Assembly: GCA_051294375.1 (NCBI GenBank)
Contig: JBJCIZ010000239.1
Location: forward strand, 123,036 to 187,035
DNA length: 64,000 nt
Source of the DNA: Paraspadella gotoi
Taxonomy: Eukaryota > Animalia > Chaetognatha
Reading direction: 5' to 3'
Of the stretch, positions 27,044 through 39,645 are shown piece by piece. Below the pieces are notes generated by a model. That model worked only from the letters and a program-made list of their open reading frames with translations, did no database searches and was not told the DNA's origin. The position numbers and the translations under genes were made by a program. Position 1 is the first letter of the stretch. Each line of letters starts with the position of its first letter.

Positions 27044-27684
27044 CAGAGAGAATTTTCGTGAACTTCCCGGATGCATCGGTCCGCTTCTCTTGTTTCCACA
27101 TGGAATGGAATACAAATGGCCCGTCTTGTCACCGTCTCTCTCTCCTTCTCTCCTCTTCTTCTCATCATAAACTTAAGATGATCTGTATATAAAATTTTAT
27201 TTTTAATTACATTTCCTCGTTTAATTTATTATAATGCAATTTTTAATGTATTTTATATTTTACCATAATTGTATGTTACATAATATCCATGTACGACTCT
27301 CTTACGATCCTGTGATTGTAAATTGTTAATTATTAACCATTATGAGCAGAATAAATCAAATCAATCAAAATCTCTCTCTCATCTCTCTCTCTCTCTCTCT
27401 CTCCCTCTCTCTCCTCTCTCCTTCTCTCCTCTCTCTCTCTCCTCTCTCTCTGCTGCTCTTATTCCCTCCCCGGCGGGTTCAAAACAATCGTTCTTTCGTC
27501 GCAGAACCGAAAAAGAAAACTCGGGACAGAAAATCTCTTATTTTCATTTCTTAGAAATAAATAACAACAAAACAAACCAGTGTAACAAATATTCAAATAA
27601 GTTTTGGATAAAATGTTCGTTTAGTTTTTTAAGTTTCTTAAACGAATTAATGGATTGAATTAGCACAAAACCTCTACTCTCGTA

Positions 27685-27758
<74 letters not shown>

Positions 27759-28250
27759 CTCTCTCTCTCTCTCTCGAATGCTTGAGTGCGTGGCAATGGA
27801 ACTATAATTCTTACATTAAATTCGAACCTAGTGAAAGAAGTTCAACAAGCAAGACGATGAAGAACATAGACTAAATTATTGTCCTAAATATAATCATAAA
27901 TTTTTATGTGCAATCTTGATAACAATACCTTTTCTTATATATACTCAAACTAACATAGAAAAAACTAAAGCAATATCATGATTCGTTATAGAAGAGTGCT
28001 GGAATTGTTAAAAAAGGAACGGATCATTTTAAACACTGAAAATTTCGTAAACTATCCGCAGTATTGCATAAGTTAGTCCACATTGTAATTTTATTGCTTA
28101 ATTTGTTTCACATTTTTTTAAATAATGAGTACATACACTTATATAAGTATCAACCTCAAACAATTGCATTGTATACTGTAATTAAACAAAAAAACCATTT
28201 CACATTTTGGCATAATAAATCAAAATAATAATAAAAATCTCTCTCTCTCT
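24490..28250 (+). repeat. ~3.7-kb block, inverted relative to 47360-50970, with further partial copies in 53420-59480
   Basis: GTTACGTGAACTGTTTCGC at ~24526 pairs with GCGAAACAGTTCACGTAAC at ~50916; CACATTTTG at ~28201 pairs with CAAAATGTG at ~47400. Confidence 0.9.
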
Positions 28251-28369
28251 CTGCTCTCTCTCTCTCTCTCTCTCTCCTCCTCTCCCCCTCTCTCCTCTCC
28301 CTCTTCTCATCCGTACATCTCCCTCCCTTGTCTGCCTTCCTTGTGCGGGCGTGAGCCCTGGGCGCCTCG

Positions 28370-31300
28370 GTGTCTCACTTTCTCTACTACTCCTCCTCTT
28401 TTTTAAACACAAAGACAGTTATCCGCTTGCCAACCAAAAACAACAAGAACAACAACAACCAACAGAAGCGACGACTATAATGAAGGTATCAAACTCTTAT
28501 TAATACAACGACGACGACAAAGCGTTTCGTTTTCTGAACGCAAATTCGTTGCTGATCTCGAAAGAATCTTGCAGCAGGGCGACGCATCAAGGACCATGGC
28601 GGATGAGGGAAACTCAGAGTGGATTCCTGGGGAACTCAGGGGTTATAGGGTAAGTTAAGGGAGATGAAGGCGCAGGAAGAGTAGCAGAAAGAACACAGAC
28701 GCGAGAGAGACGAGAGGACCGAGAAGGATCAGACAGACGACATTACAGAGAGAGAGAGAGAGAGAGAGTGAGAGAGACAGACATCTTGTGAGAGAGATGA
28801 GAGAAGAAGAAGATGAGGAAGGATGAAGTAAAATGAAAATATATAAAAACAAGTAAAAAAAAAAAAAAAAAGCGAGAAAAAATGGTAAGAGAGAAAAAAA
28901 GGTGGAAAAAGAGGAAAAGGAAAAAAGGAGACAGGAAAAAAGCAGGTAAAATAGAAAAAGAGACAAGGAATGGCTACTCTCCAACCGGTGGTTGGACCGC
29001 CATTACTTTTCTTTCTACTTATCCTGTCATTTGATTTTCTTATATTTTATAGATTTCTTTAAAAACAAAAAGGGCAGGTGCCAGTAGTCGCTTAGATTTG
29101 ATTTTCTAACAAATGAGCAACAAACTATAGGCTCAAGTTGTAAGGTTTTAACGTCAGTGGAACAAGATCGACGGACGCCATACCGACGGACCGACGCGAC
29201 CGACCAATCCGAATGATAGAAAATAGTGACTTTATAGAGAACTCAAAAAATAGGAGTGAGAAAAAACTTAGGAAAAAAAGGAAAAAAACGCGAAAAAAAA
29301 GTGTATAGAAAAAAAGAAAAGCATATGAAATAGTGATCAAATTATAAAAAAGAAGAAAAATAAGAAAAAAGAAAAAAAAGAAAAAAAAAAAGCTCGGAAA
29401 ATCTTGTCGTCCTTCGTTCGTGTCGATGCGACGTTTGGCTTTGTTTGACCTCACCTCGAAATCCCCCAGGAGAGAAGCACCGGCGATTCCGGACCTCACC
29501 TTTAAACCGGACCCCCCTACGAGGACAGCGTCGCTGAGATTGGTCCGGTGAATGAGAGGGAGAGACGTGACGAGGGGTAAGGTACAGGTTTAAGGGTAAG
29601 GTCGGGAAGATGTTCGGATGGGAAAATCGAAGCGTTGAGGTGAGGGAGTTGGAATATCGGCCCACAGTGTGTAAAGAACGGCGAAGTGGAGGGGTGCAGT
29701 CCAAATTCGGGTGACGAGTTTCGGGTGAAAGACAAGATATTTTTATGCCTTTATTTTTTTCGTCAATAAATAGTAATATTAGGGATTTGTTGTTTTTTTT
29801 TTTTTTAATTTTATTTAGTATCAATGTGTTAAAAACTGGTAAACAAGTAAAAAACTAAGCCTATTAAATTTAAACAAAAACAAAAGACACTAATGATTAA
29901 ATGAATCATGAATTAAAATGTTATTCACTTAAGTTCAACACGATTGTAGCAGATATCAGGTATCAGATATAGATTAGTTTTTATTAGAGCTTCATAATAT
30001 TGACAAATGAAAGGAACGGCAATCTTATCGATGAATATTAGTGCACTCTATAAAATCTGTGGGAAAAATGACAGAAAGAGGTTAAAGCACAGAGGGTCTC
30101 TCACAGAATTGTCTCTAATTCTAAATCACTGTTTTTAAAAAAACAGGGAAAACGGGGGAAAAAAACCCCCCTCCGGAAAAAAGGTTTTTTTTTTCCCTTT
30201 TTTCGTTGGGTTATTCATTTCGTATGTATTGCAAAACTTCGCACATATATTATGCAAATTGAGCCTCTGTCAAGAGAGGCTTGAAAAAACAAATGCGCAA
30301 ATCATCTTATTGTTTCTAACTTTATTTGTACTTCATTTTCTTCTCCCTGCGATTGTATACAAGGTTTAGAACGAAAACAATTCTGCGCTCGCATTGAAAG
30401 TTGTTTTTTTTTCGCTCAGTTTAAACAAACAGTCAACTTGCAAAAATGAGCGATTTCAGAATAAAAATCTTTCTTTTCCGAGAATCCGAGCATTTTAGGA
30501 ACGGAAGTTGACAGAGAAGTCAAAGACGATTTCAGTTGAGACAGCGGCGGGAGGCCGGCTGGACGGCGGGCGGCGGCGGCGTCGCGCCGCAGGGTGCGGT
30601 CGGCGACAAGCTTTGCTGAGGGTCTTCTCTTTTGGAAAGAAGTAAGCTGAAGCGAGTTATTCCATTTTTGACTTCGAGTTATCTTTTTTAACTTTTACTG
30701 CATTTTCCAACTTAAAATACTAAATGGCATTTTATATTCATCTATTAAGTTTATGTCAGTGTTTTGACTAAGCAGATACCCGACTCTATAATTCACCTTT
30801 TGTCAGTCCTCGCTCCGCCCCCCTTCAATATTTGTCCGCAGCGTGCACACATACTAAGAGCATTATAGCTACTTGTTGTCAGACATTCGAATTATGACTA
30901 TAAACTCAGTAATTAAAAAAAATGATGTCTGTCGTCCGTCTGTCTGTCTGTCCGGTCGTCCATCTGTCAAGACCTTATCAGCTATATCAGCAGATCCCGA
31001 ATCTATAATTCCACTTTGATCCCGGTCCGTCGGTCCCCCCCTCAATCATTTGTCGGGCACATACCTGCCGCGTTATAGCATGTCAGAACCATCGAATATG
31101 ATAAATTATACAAAAAATTATGTCTGTCCATCCGTCTGTCTGTCCCTCCATCCGTCCGTCTCGTCCGTCCAAAACAAACTTTTTTGGATCAAATTTAATT
31201 AATTTAATTGCCTAGATTGATTTAAATTCATTAACTCTTGAAATAATTATAATTATTATAATTAATTACGATAATGATCGTGGCAATCCGACATGTCTTG

Positions 31301-32775
31301 CTTCAAAAACCTTAGTTAAATTCTTTTTCAAATCGGCAATATTAAATTATACGTTCTAGTAGACCATATATCAAAATATAGCCGCAAATGTATACATAAA
31401 CTTAACACATTGATCCAACATATCAACGAGTAATAGGAGAGAGTTCTACCTGCTAGCAGTCGCGGACGAACGACCCGAGAAAGGAAAAAAGAACAGAAAA
31501 CAATAAGATAAAGAAAATAGGAACAGGACAAAGAGAAGAAAAAACAAATTGGCGTAAACTAACTCCCAAATACCATCTGCTTTCTCTGGCGAAAAGGATA
31601 GAACCTATGCTTAACAACATTCGTCTATTTTTTTTTTTTATTGTCCTTCGACGTTGATTCTCGAGATGGGAAGTCTGGTCTCGGGGCGTCTGAGTCGGGT
31701 CTGTCGGTCTTAAGGTTCTGTCGGTCTGCACAAGTCTCATATCGTTCAGCCGGTCCGTCGTCGTCTCACGTTTAAAAAGAGTTCAACCTGGACTAATATC
31801 TAAATATTGTCTAATACTTTGCGGGGCATACTGTTTCATTCACATATTACCTGGAATAAATCAAGATTCATGTGAACATTGAGTTTTTTTCGTTACCTCA
31901 TCCTGATTTTTTTTGAGAACGTATGAAGAGAAGAGATATTTATACGCAAAAGGGGGTTTGAGAATATCTGTTTATAGTATAAGATTATACTATATCACTT
32001 ATCTACTCGTATACATTACTATATGCTAAAGTAATTTATAAAATTATAGCTATTTACTCTTTTTTCTCGACTTAATGGCCTTCCCCTAAATCTCTTTCTC
32101 TGCCTACACCTCTCGTCTTCCTTTTGTTCTCGATTTTACCTATCTTCTATCAATTCTTCTCTTCTTGTTGTTTCCATATTTTCAAATCCGGTTTTTCTTT
32201 GTTTTTGATTCTTTTATGTTTGATTAGGCGTCTTTTTTTTTTCCTTGGACGAAAAATTCGCCAATAAATCAAAACTGTGCTATTCCCGCGTGAGCACTAT
32301 TATTCACCGACCCGAACGGGACGATGACAATGAAGCAGCACAACGACGTGAGCTTTTATTAAACGAGATGATGTTCATGAATCGTAAACGCTTAGTTAAT
32401 ACCTACCAAGTATATACTTGATGGCTACTTTTTCTGTCTCAATGTCTTCTATATTCCTCTTTCTATTCATATTTCTAGTTACTTACAGCTACAATCCTCA
32501 TTCCCACATGTATCCCAATCTCCTTTCAAATAACGTAGTAAACATTGAAACGCCTGAAAACGTCAACATTCTTGAATAGTACCTCCGATAGCCTAATCAA
32601 GATAACCTAAACACTTAACACAAATCGTAATCCATTCATTCATATTCATTATTCATCTCATTTGTTAGAAGCCTCTAATAACATATTTGTCTCCATCAGA
32701 TGGTTCGTAAATGAAACACAATAGAAATCTCACCCAGGTGGGCGACCAATAATCTAATCGGACATTTTTTTTTCA
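28370..32775 (+). repeat. ~4.4-kb indel-noisy block, inverted copy of 35963-39824
   Basis: Collinear reverse-complement landmarks: GGCGACCAATAAT/ATTATTGGTCGCC, CCATGGCGGATGAG/CTCATCCGCCATGG, GATTTCAGTTGAGACAGCGG/CCGCTGTCTCAACTGAAATC. Confidence 0.9.
30770..31318 (+). mobile_element. HINE-like element (noisy inverted copy of 37156-37645)
   Basis: AGCAGAT.CCCGACTCTATAATTCAC twice, (GTCC/GTCT)n tracts, GCAATCCGACAT...GCTTCAAAAACCTTAGTT end. Confidence 0.65.
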
Positions 32776-33095
32776 GCCAGTGCACCTTCGCCTCAGGCGC
32801 CTCTTCGGGTTCATTTAGGGGCTGGCAGATTCAGTTCATTTTGAGGCTGCCCTAATTTGCTCTATGTGTAAGATCAAACTGCAGGGATGTTAACAAGCAT
32901 CGTTTTTTGTGTTAAAAATAAAAAATAAATATAAAAAAATTAATATATACATCAAAAAAGACAGTCAAGATTTAATTAAACCTTGCAGAATATACCCGAA
33001 CGCTAAATATCTTAATCTTTCATCAGTTTAATTTGTTTTTTTCCTCTTTCCTTTCTCTTCTCCTCTACTCTCTGTCTCTTCTCCTCTCTTTCTGT

Positions 33096-33173
<78 letters not shown>

Positions 33174-33699
33174 CTCTCTCCTCTCTCTCTTTCTCTGTCT
33201 CTCTCTTGCCAAAATTCAGATTCATTTCTCGTTCCCCATTATTAACTCACTGAGAGTGTTGGGCGTGGAGAAAGAGAAGAAGAGAGAGAGAGAGAGAGAG
33301 AGAGAAGATGAGAGAGAGAGAGAGAGAGCATGATGAGCGAGGAGATAGAGAGAGAGAAGAGAGAGAGAGAGAGAGCAGATGAGAAAAGAGAGAGAGAGTC
33401 ACGAGAGAGAGGGTGAGTGATAACAGTTGTGTGTAGAAGAAGAAGAGAAAGCTGCAAACGATTTTTTAAAATTTTTACAACAACAACAAACATTTTGTTT
33501 TCGTGTTTTTAAAAGGAGAACAACAGAACATTTCTTTCAGAAAATTCCTGATCTGCTGTTGCTCTATGTTTTAATCGAAGATATATCAATTGACTTTTTC
33601 TAAATATTTAAAAGTTATCTTAGTCAAACAGAACTTCTGCTAGAAGGAGTGTAGTGAATAGTCATCGCAATAAATTTATTTTCTTTTTTAAAACTACGT

Positions 33700-33835
33700 A
33701 TATGAAATTGATACAACCAATATATAAATTATCCATTCATTAAATAAATAAGCTATCTTGACCCTGACTTTGGACAGGCTTTGGTGGTTTAAAGCCTCCA
33801 TCACTCTTACAAAATAATGACATTGCAGGTCCCTG
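33700..33835 (-). repeat. ~135-bp exon-like segment shared with 23744-23880, preceded by a 95-nt GT-AG intron candidate
   Basis: TTTCAG|GGACCT acceptor with exon start at 33832; GTAAGT donor at 33927. Phase-0 reading GPAMSLFCKSDGGFKPPKPVQSQGQDSLFI* (33832-33740). Confidence 0.8.
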
Positions 33836-34175
33836 AAATATGAGTTATGATTTTCAAAGAATGAACTTTTGCTTAGACTTAAAATGTTACACTGGGGAAA
33901 ATGGTATTCGTAAATTTGTACACTTACTCTCGATACTAACTCCGCCATTCTTGATGATCCTCAACAAAAACAGATTCGACACATGCATGAAGCTGAGGGA
34001 ACCAATCAAGTTTTTTTCCAAAACTTTCTCTGACTCTGACGATCATAGAAGTTCCAGTTTTTCATCTGAGCTGATTTCATATTTTTTCTCCTTTTTGATC
34101 TTTTCTCCTTTTATCCTTTAATCCCTCTTCTCGATATTCAATTCGTCAGACAGAGAGAGAGAGAGAAGAGAGAGA

Positions 34176-34269
<94 letters not shown>

Positions 34270-34299
34270 AGAGAAAGAAAGAAAGAAAGAAAGAAACTC

Positions 34300-34492
34300 T
34301 ATTATGTACCAGTATTTTTTTTCGCCCACTCAAATCTTGCAGAAAGAGAGAGAGAGAGAGGGAGAGAGAGTGAGTGAGAGAGAAAGAAGGAGAGAGAGAG
34401 TGAGAACAGAAGAAAGAAGAAAAAAAAACTCAATATGTCAAAACCAGTCTTTTTTTTTCCACTCAANNNNNNNNNNNNNNNNNNNNNNNNNA

Positions 34493-34524
<32 letters not shown>

Positions 34525-34728
34525 AAAACTCTATATGTAAACCAGTATTTTTTCCCACTCAAATCTTGCAGAAAGAGAGAGAGAGAGAGGGAGAGAGAGT
34601 GAGTGAGAGAGAAAGACAGAGAGAGAGAGTGAGAGACAGAAAAAGAAAGAAAGAAAAAAAAACTCAATATGTCAACCAGTCTTTTTTTTTCACTCAAATC
34701 TTGCAAAAAGAGAGAGGGAGAGGGAGAA

Positions 34729-34759
<31 letters not shown>

Positions 34760-34770
34760 CAGAGAGAGAA
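34300..34770. repeat. Composite tandem repeat: ACCAGT.TTTTTT.CCACTCAAATCTTGCA spacer alternating with (AG)n/(AAAG)n
   Basis: Spacer recurs at ~34308, 34443, 34542 and 34674. Confidence 0.8.
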
Positions 34771-37155
34771 TTTCGGACGATAATTCTTTCCGTTAGCCTG
34801 GAAAATATCCTTCCCCCAGCAGGAAAATCACCATATTTTTGGATTATCATCGATCTTTTCTCAACGTCCCGATTATGATGCATAATTTCGTTTGGCGTCA
34901 GGCAGGCTGCCCCATGCTCTCTCTCTCTCTNNNNNNNNNNNNNNNNNNNNNNNNNNNNNNNNNNNNNNNNNNNNNNNNNNNNNNNNNNNNNNNNNNNNNN
35001 NNNNNNNNNNNNNNNNNNNNNNNNNNNNNNNNNNNNNNNNNNNNNNNNNNNNNNNNNNNNNNNNNNNNNNNNNNNNNNNNNNNNNNNNNNNNNNNNNNNN
35101 NNNNNNNNNNNNNNNNNNNNNNNNNNNNNNNNNNNNNNNNNNNNNNNNNNNNNNNNTCTCGTTTTCTCATGCATAAAATCTTCGGCATCAAGCAGTTGTT
35201 CTGTTGTCTCTTTCTCTCACACTTTAGTTCTCTCTTTTTTTAAGGGAACAGTGTTTTTCGCATCNNNNNNNNNNNNNNNNNNNNNNNNNNNNNNNNNNNN
35301 NNNNNNNNNNNNNNNNNNNNNNNNNNNNNNNNNNNNNNNNNNNNNNNNNNNNNNNNNNNNNNNNNNNNNNNNNNNNNNNNNNNNNNNNNNNNNNNNNNNN
35401 NNNNNNNNNNNNNNNNNNNNNNNNNNNNNNNNNNNNNNNNNNNNNNNNNNNNNNNNNNNNNNNNNNNNNNNNNNNNNNNNNNNNNNNNNNNNNNNNNNNN
35501 NNNNNNNNNNNNNNNNNNNNNNNNNNNNNNNNNNNNNNNNNNNNNNNNNNNNNNNNNNNNNNNNNNNNNNNNNNNNNNNNNNNNNNNNNNNNNNNNNNNN
35601 NNNNNNNNNNNNNNNNNNNNNNNNNNNNNNNNNNNNNNNNNNNNNNNNNNNNNNNNNNNNNNNNNNNNNNNNNNNNNNNNNNNNNNNNNNNNNNNNNNNN
35701 NNNNNNNNNNNNNNNNNNNNNNNNNNNNNNNNNNNNNNNNNNNNNNNNNNNNNNNNNNNNNNNNNNNNNNNNNNNNNNNNNNNNNNNNNNNNNNNNNNNN
35801 NNNNNNNNNNNNNNNNNNNNNNNNNNNNNNNNNNNNNNNNNNNNNNNNNNNNNNNNNNNNNNNNNNNNNNNNNNNNNNNNNNNNNNNNNNNNNNNNNNNN
35901 NNNNNNNNNNNNNNNNNNNNNNNNNNNNNNNNNNNNNNNNNNNNNNNNNNNNNNNNNNNNNNNAAAAAAATGCCGATAATTATTGGTCGCCCACTGGGTG
36001 GATTTCTTTGTGTTCATTTACGAACCATGATGGAGAAAATATTTATTAAGGCTTACAAATGAATGAATATGAATATGAATGAATGGATCATTTGTGTTAA
36101 GTGTTAGGTATCTTATTAGGAGGTAACTATTTCAAGAATGTAGTTTTCAGTAATGTTTACATACGTTATTTGAAAGGATTGGATACAGTGGATAGGATAG
36201 GTAAGTACTAGGAAATAATAAAAAGAGGATATAGAAGACATTGAGAAACAGAAAGTAGCTCAATATATATGTATATATATTTATACATGAACATCATCTC
36301 GTTTAAAAAAGCTCGTCGTTGTCTTCTTCTTCGTCATCGTCCCGTTCAGGGTCGGTGAAAAGTGCTCACGCGGGAATCACAGTTTTGATTTGGGAATTTT
36401 CGTCCAAGAAAAAAAAAACCCAAAAATAAAATCAAAAAACAAAAAAACCGGATTTGAAAATATGGAAAAAGCAGAGAGAAGAAATTGAATAGAAGATAGA
36501 AAATGAAAAAAAGAGAACAGAGGAAGGCAGAGAAAGAGATAGGGAAGCATTTAACGAAAAAAGAGTAAATAGTATAATTTATATATAATATAGTATGTAT
36601 AGTAGATAGTATATAGTATAATTTATACTATAAACAGATATTTCAAACCCCTTTTGCGTATAAATATCCTTTCTTCATTTCAAAAATCAGTAGTAAAAAA
36701 AAACTCATTCACTATTTGATTTCCAGGTAATGAATGAAACATATGCCAAATATTAACAAAATTATATTAGTCGGACTCTTTTTAAACGTGAGACGGACGG
36801 ACCGACCGACAGACCGACCGACAGACCGACCGACCGACAGACTTCCATCTCGAGAAAATCGAACGTCGAAGGAAAAAAAAAAAAAGACGAAGTTGTTAAC
36901 TGAGTTCATCCTTTTCCGCAAGAAAAGCAGATGGTTTTGGGATTTTCACCCAATTTTTTTTTCTCTCTTTGTCTTTCTATTTTCTTTATCTTATTTTTTC
37001 TTCTTTTTTCTTTCTCGGGTCGTTTCGTCCCGCGGGCGAGAAACTCTCGTCTATTACTACGTTGATATGTTGGATCAATGTGTTAAGTTTTGTCATTGCG
37101 TTATGTTAATATGCTACTAGACATAAATTTTATTATTGCCATTGAAAAAGAAATT

Positions 37156-37645
37156 AACAAGTTTGAGCAAACAATGTCGGATCTGCCCACGATCATTATC
37201 GGTAATTAATTAATTAATAATTATATTATTCAAGTTAATGAATTAATCAATTAGGCAATTAATTAATTAATTTGATCCAAAAAGTTTGTTTTTTGGACGG
37301 ACGGACGGACGGATGGAGGGACAGACAGACGGATGGACAGACATAATTTTTTTTGTATAATTTATCATAATTCGATGTTCTGACATGCTATAAGTATGTG
37401 CCCGACAATATTGAGGGGGCGGACCGACGGACCGACAAAGTGAATTATAGGATCGGGATCTGCTGATAAGCTGATAAGCTGACATGATGGACGGACGGAC
37501 AGACAGACAGACGGACGGACAGACATCATTTTTTTATATGATTTATCATAATTCGATGTTCTGACATGCTTTAAGTGTGTGCCCGACAATATTGAGGGGG
37601 CGGACCGACGGACTGACAAAGTGAATTATAGAGTCGGGATCTGCT
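37156..37645 (-). mobile_element. HINE-like element with an internal ~180-bp tandem duplication
   Basis: AACAAGTTTGAGCAAACAATGTCGGATCTGC end as in 21386-21710. The unit (GACG/GACA)n...TTCGATGTTCTGACATGC...GACAAAGTGAATTATAG..GGGATCTGCT occurs twice (~37295-37463 and ~37488-37645). Confidence 0.75.
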
Positions 37646-37767
37646 TATCAAAACAACATATCTTTATTGATGAATATAAAATGCCTTTTAGTATTTTTAT
37701 TGGAAAAGCTAGTAAAAGTAAAAAAATACTCGAAGTCAAAAAAGGAAAATACTCGCTTCCAGCTTAC

Positions 37768-37868
37768 TTCTCTTCCAAAGAGAAGCCCTCAGCAAAGCTT
37801 TCGCCGCCGACCCTGCGGCGCCGCCGCCGCCGCCGCCGCCGTCACCGCCTTCACCGCCGCTGTCTCAA
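37768..37868 (-). other. Candidate exon 3 of an unidentified spliced gene (GC-rich, (GCG)n)
   Basis: GATTTCAG| acceptor and |GTAAGC donor; both preserved in the plus-strand copy ~30536-30641. Reading frame unresolved. Confidence 0.4.
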
Positions 37869-38730
37869 CTGAAATCGTCTTTGACTCTCTGTCAACTTCG
37901 TTCCTAAAATCTCGAATTCATCGGAAAAAAAGATTTTTATTCTGAAATCCGTCATTTTTGACAAGTTGACTGTTTGTTTAAACTGGCGGAAAAAAAACAA
38001 CTTTCAATGCACCGAATTGTTTTCGTTCTAACTTGTAAACAATCCAGGGAGAAGAAATGAAAGTACAATAAAGTTAGAAACAATAAGATATTGCGCATTT
38101 GTTTTTTACAAGCCTCTCTTCAGAGCTCATTTGCATAATATTGTGCGAAGTTTTCAATACATACGAATGAATAACCAAGAGAAAAAAAACTCCGGGGTCC
38201 GTCTGTTACAGATTTAGAATTAGAGAACATTCTGTGAGAGACCTTGTGCTTTAACCTCTTTCTTGGTCATTTCCCACAGATTATAGAGTGCACAAATATT
38301 CATCGATAAGATTGCCTTCCTACATTGTCCAATATTATGACGCTCTATAAAACTAATCTATATCTGATACCTGATATCTGCTATCGTGTGAATTAGTTAA
38401 TAACATTTTATTCATGATTCCATTTAATCATTAGTGTCTTTTGTTTTTGTTTAAATTTAATAGCTTAGTTTTTTCTTGTTTACCGTTTTTACACATTGGT
38501 ACTAAATAAAATTAAAAAACAAAAACAAACAAATCCCATAATATTACTTTTTATTAACGAAAAAATAAAGCATAAAATATCTTGTCTTTCACCGAAACTC
38601 GTCACCCATTTGGACTCACCCTCCCTTCCCTTTCTTCACCTGTGGCCATAATTCACTCACCTCACCTCACCTCGATTTTTCCCATCCGAACTCTTCCGAC
38701 CTTACCTTACCTTACCTTACCTTACCTTAC

Positions 38731-38828
38731 CCCTCGTCTCTCCCCCTCATTCTACCAACCAATCTCAGCGACGCTGTCCTCGGGGTCAGTTTAAAGGTGA
38801 GGTCCGGAATCGACCCGGTGCTTCTCTC
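38731..38828 (-). other. Candidate exon 2 of an unidentified spliced gene
   Basis: ATCCCCCAG| acceptor and |GTAAGG donor, followed by tandem GTAAG repeats. Copy at ~29470-29576. The two copies differ by indels, so the frame is unresolved. Confidence 0.4.
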
Positions 38829-39530
38829 CTGGGGGATTTCGAGGTGAGGTCAAACAAAAGCCAAACGTCGCATCGAACGAACGAAGGACGAAGATTTTCC
38901 GACTTTTTTTTTTCTTTTTTTTCTTTTTTCTTATTTTTCTTCTTTTTTATATTCCTATTTCTTGCTTTTCTTTTTTCTATCACTTTTTTTCGCTTTTCAT
39001 TTTTTCTAGTTTTTTCTCTTCCTATTTTTAGTTGCGACGCGAGATCTTCGATTGGTCGGTCCGTCGGTCCGTCGGTATGCCCGTCCGTCGATCTGTCCCA
39101 CTGACGTTAAAAACGCTTACAACTTGCCTATAGTTTGTTGCTCATTTGTTAAAAATCAAATCTAAGCGACTACTGGCACCGCCTTTTGTTTTTAAAGAAA
39201 TCTATAAAATATAAGAAATAAATGACATGATAAGTAAAAAGAAAAGTAATGCGGCGCAACACCTTGGAATAGCCATTCCTTGTTTCTTTTTCTATTTTCC
39301 TTTTTTCTCCTTTTTTCTCTTCCTCTTTTTCCACCTTTTTTTTTCTCTCTTCCATTTTTCTCCTTTTTTTCTTTTTACTTTTTTATTTTTTAATTTCCTT
39401 TCCCTCATCTTCTCTCTCTCTCTCTCTTTCTTCTCTCTCTTCCTCCTCTCTCTCTCTCTCCTCTCTCTCTCTCCTCTCTCTCTCTCTTCCTCTCTTCTTT
39501 CTCTATCTTCCTCCCTCACCCCTAACTTAC

Positions 39531-39645
39531 CCTTTTAACTCGCTTTTCACTAACTTATCCACTCTGAGTTTCCACTCATCCGCCATGGTCTTGATGTCGC
39601 CTCTGCAGATTCTTCGAATCCAACGAATTTCGTCGAAAACGAAAC
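39531..39645 (-). CDS. Candidate coding exon FVFDEIRWIRRICRGDIKTMADEWKLRVDKLVKSELK
   Basis: Polypyrimidine tract + TTTAAG| acceptor, open frame, |GTAAGT donor; internal ACCATGG. Copy at ~28525-28649. No homology recognised. Confidence 0.45.

Noticed and set aside
26192-27168. Overlapping 150-300 aa F/L/S-rich 'membrane protein' ORFs (also 48234-49165, 54949-55406)
   Set aside because: All three frames are open in a CT-rich low-complexity tract; compositional artefact.
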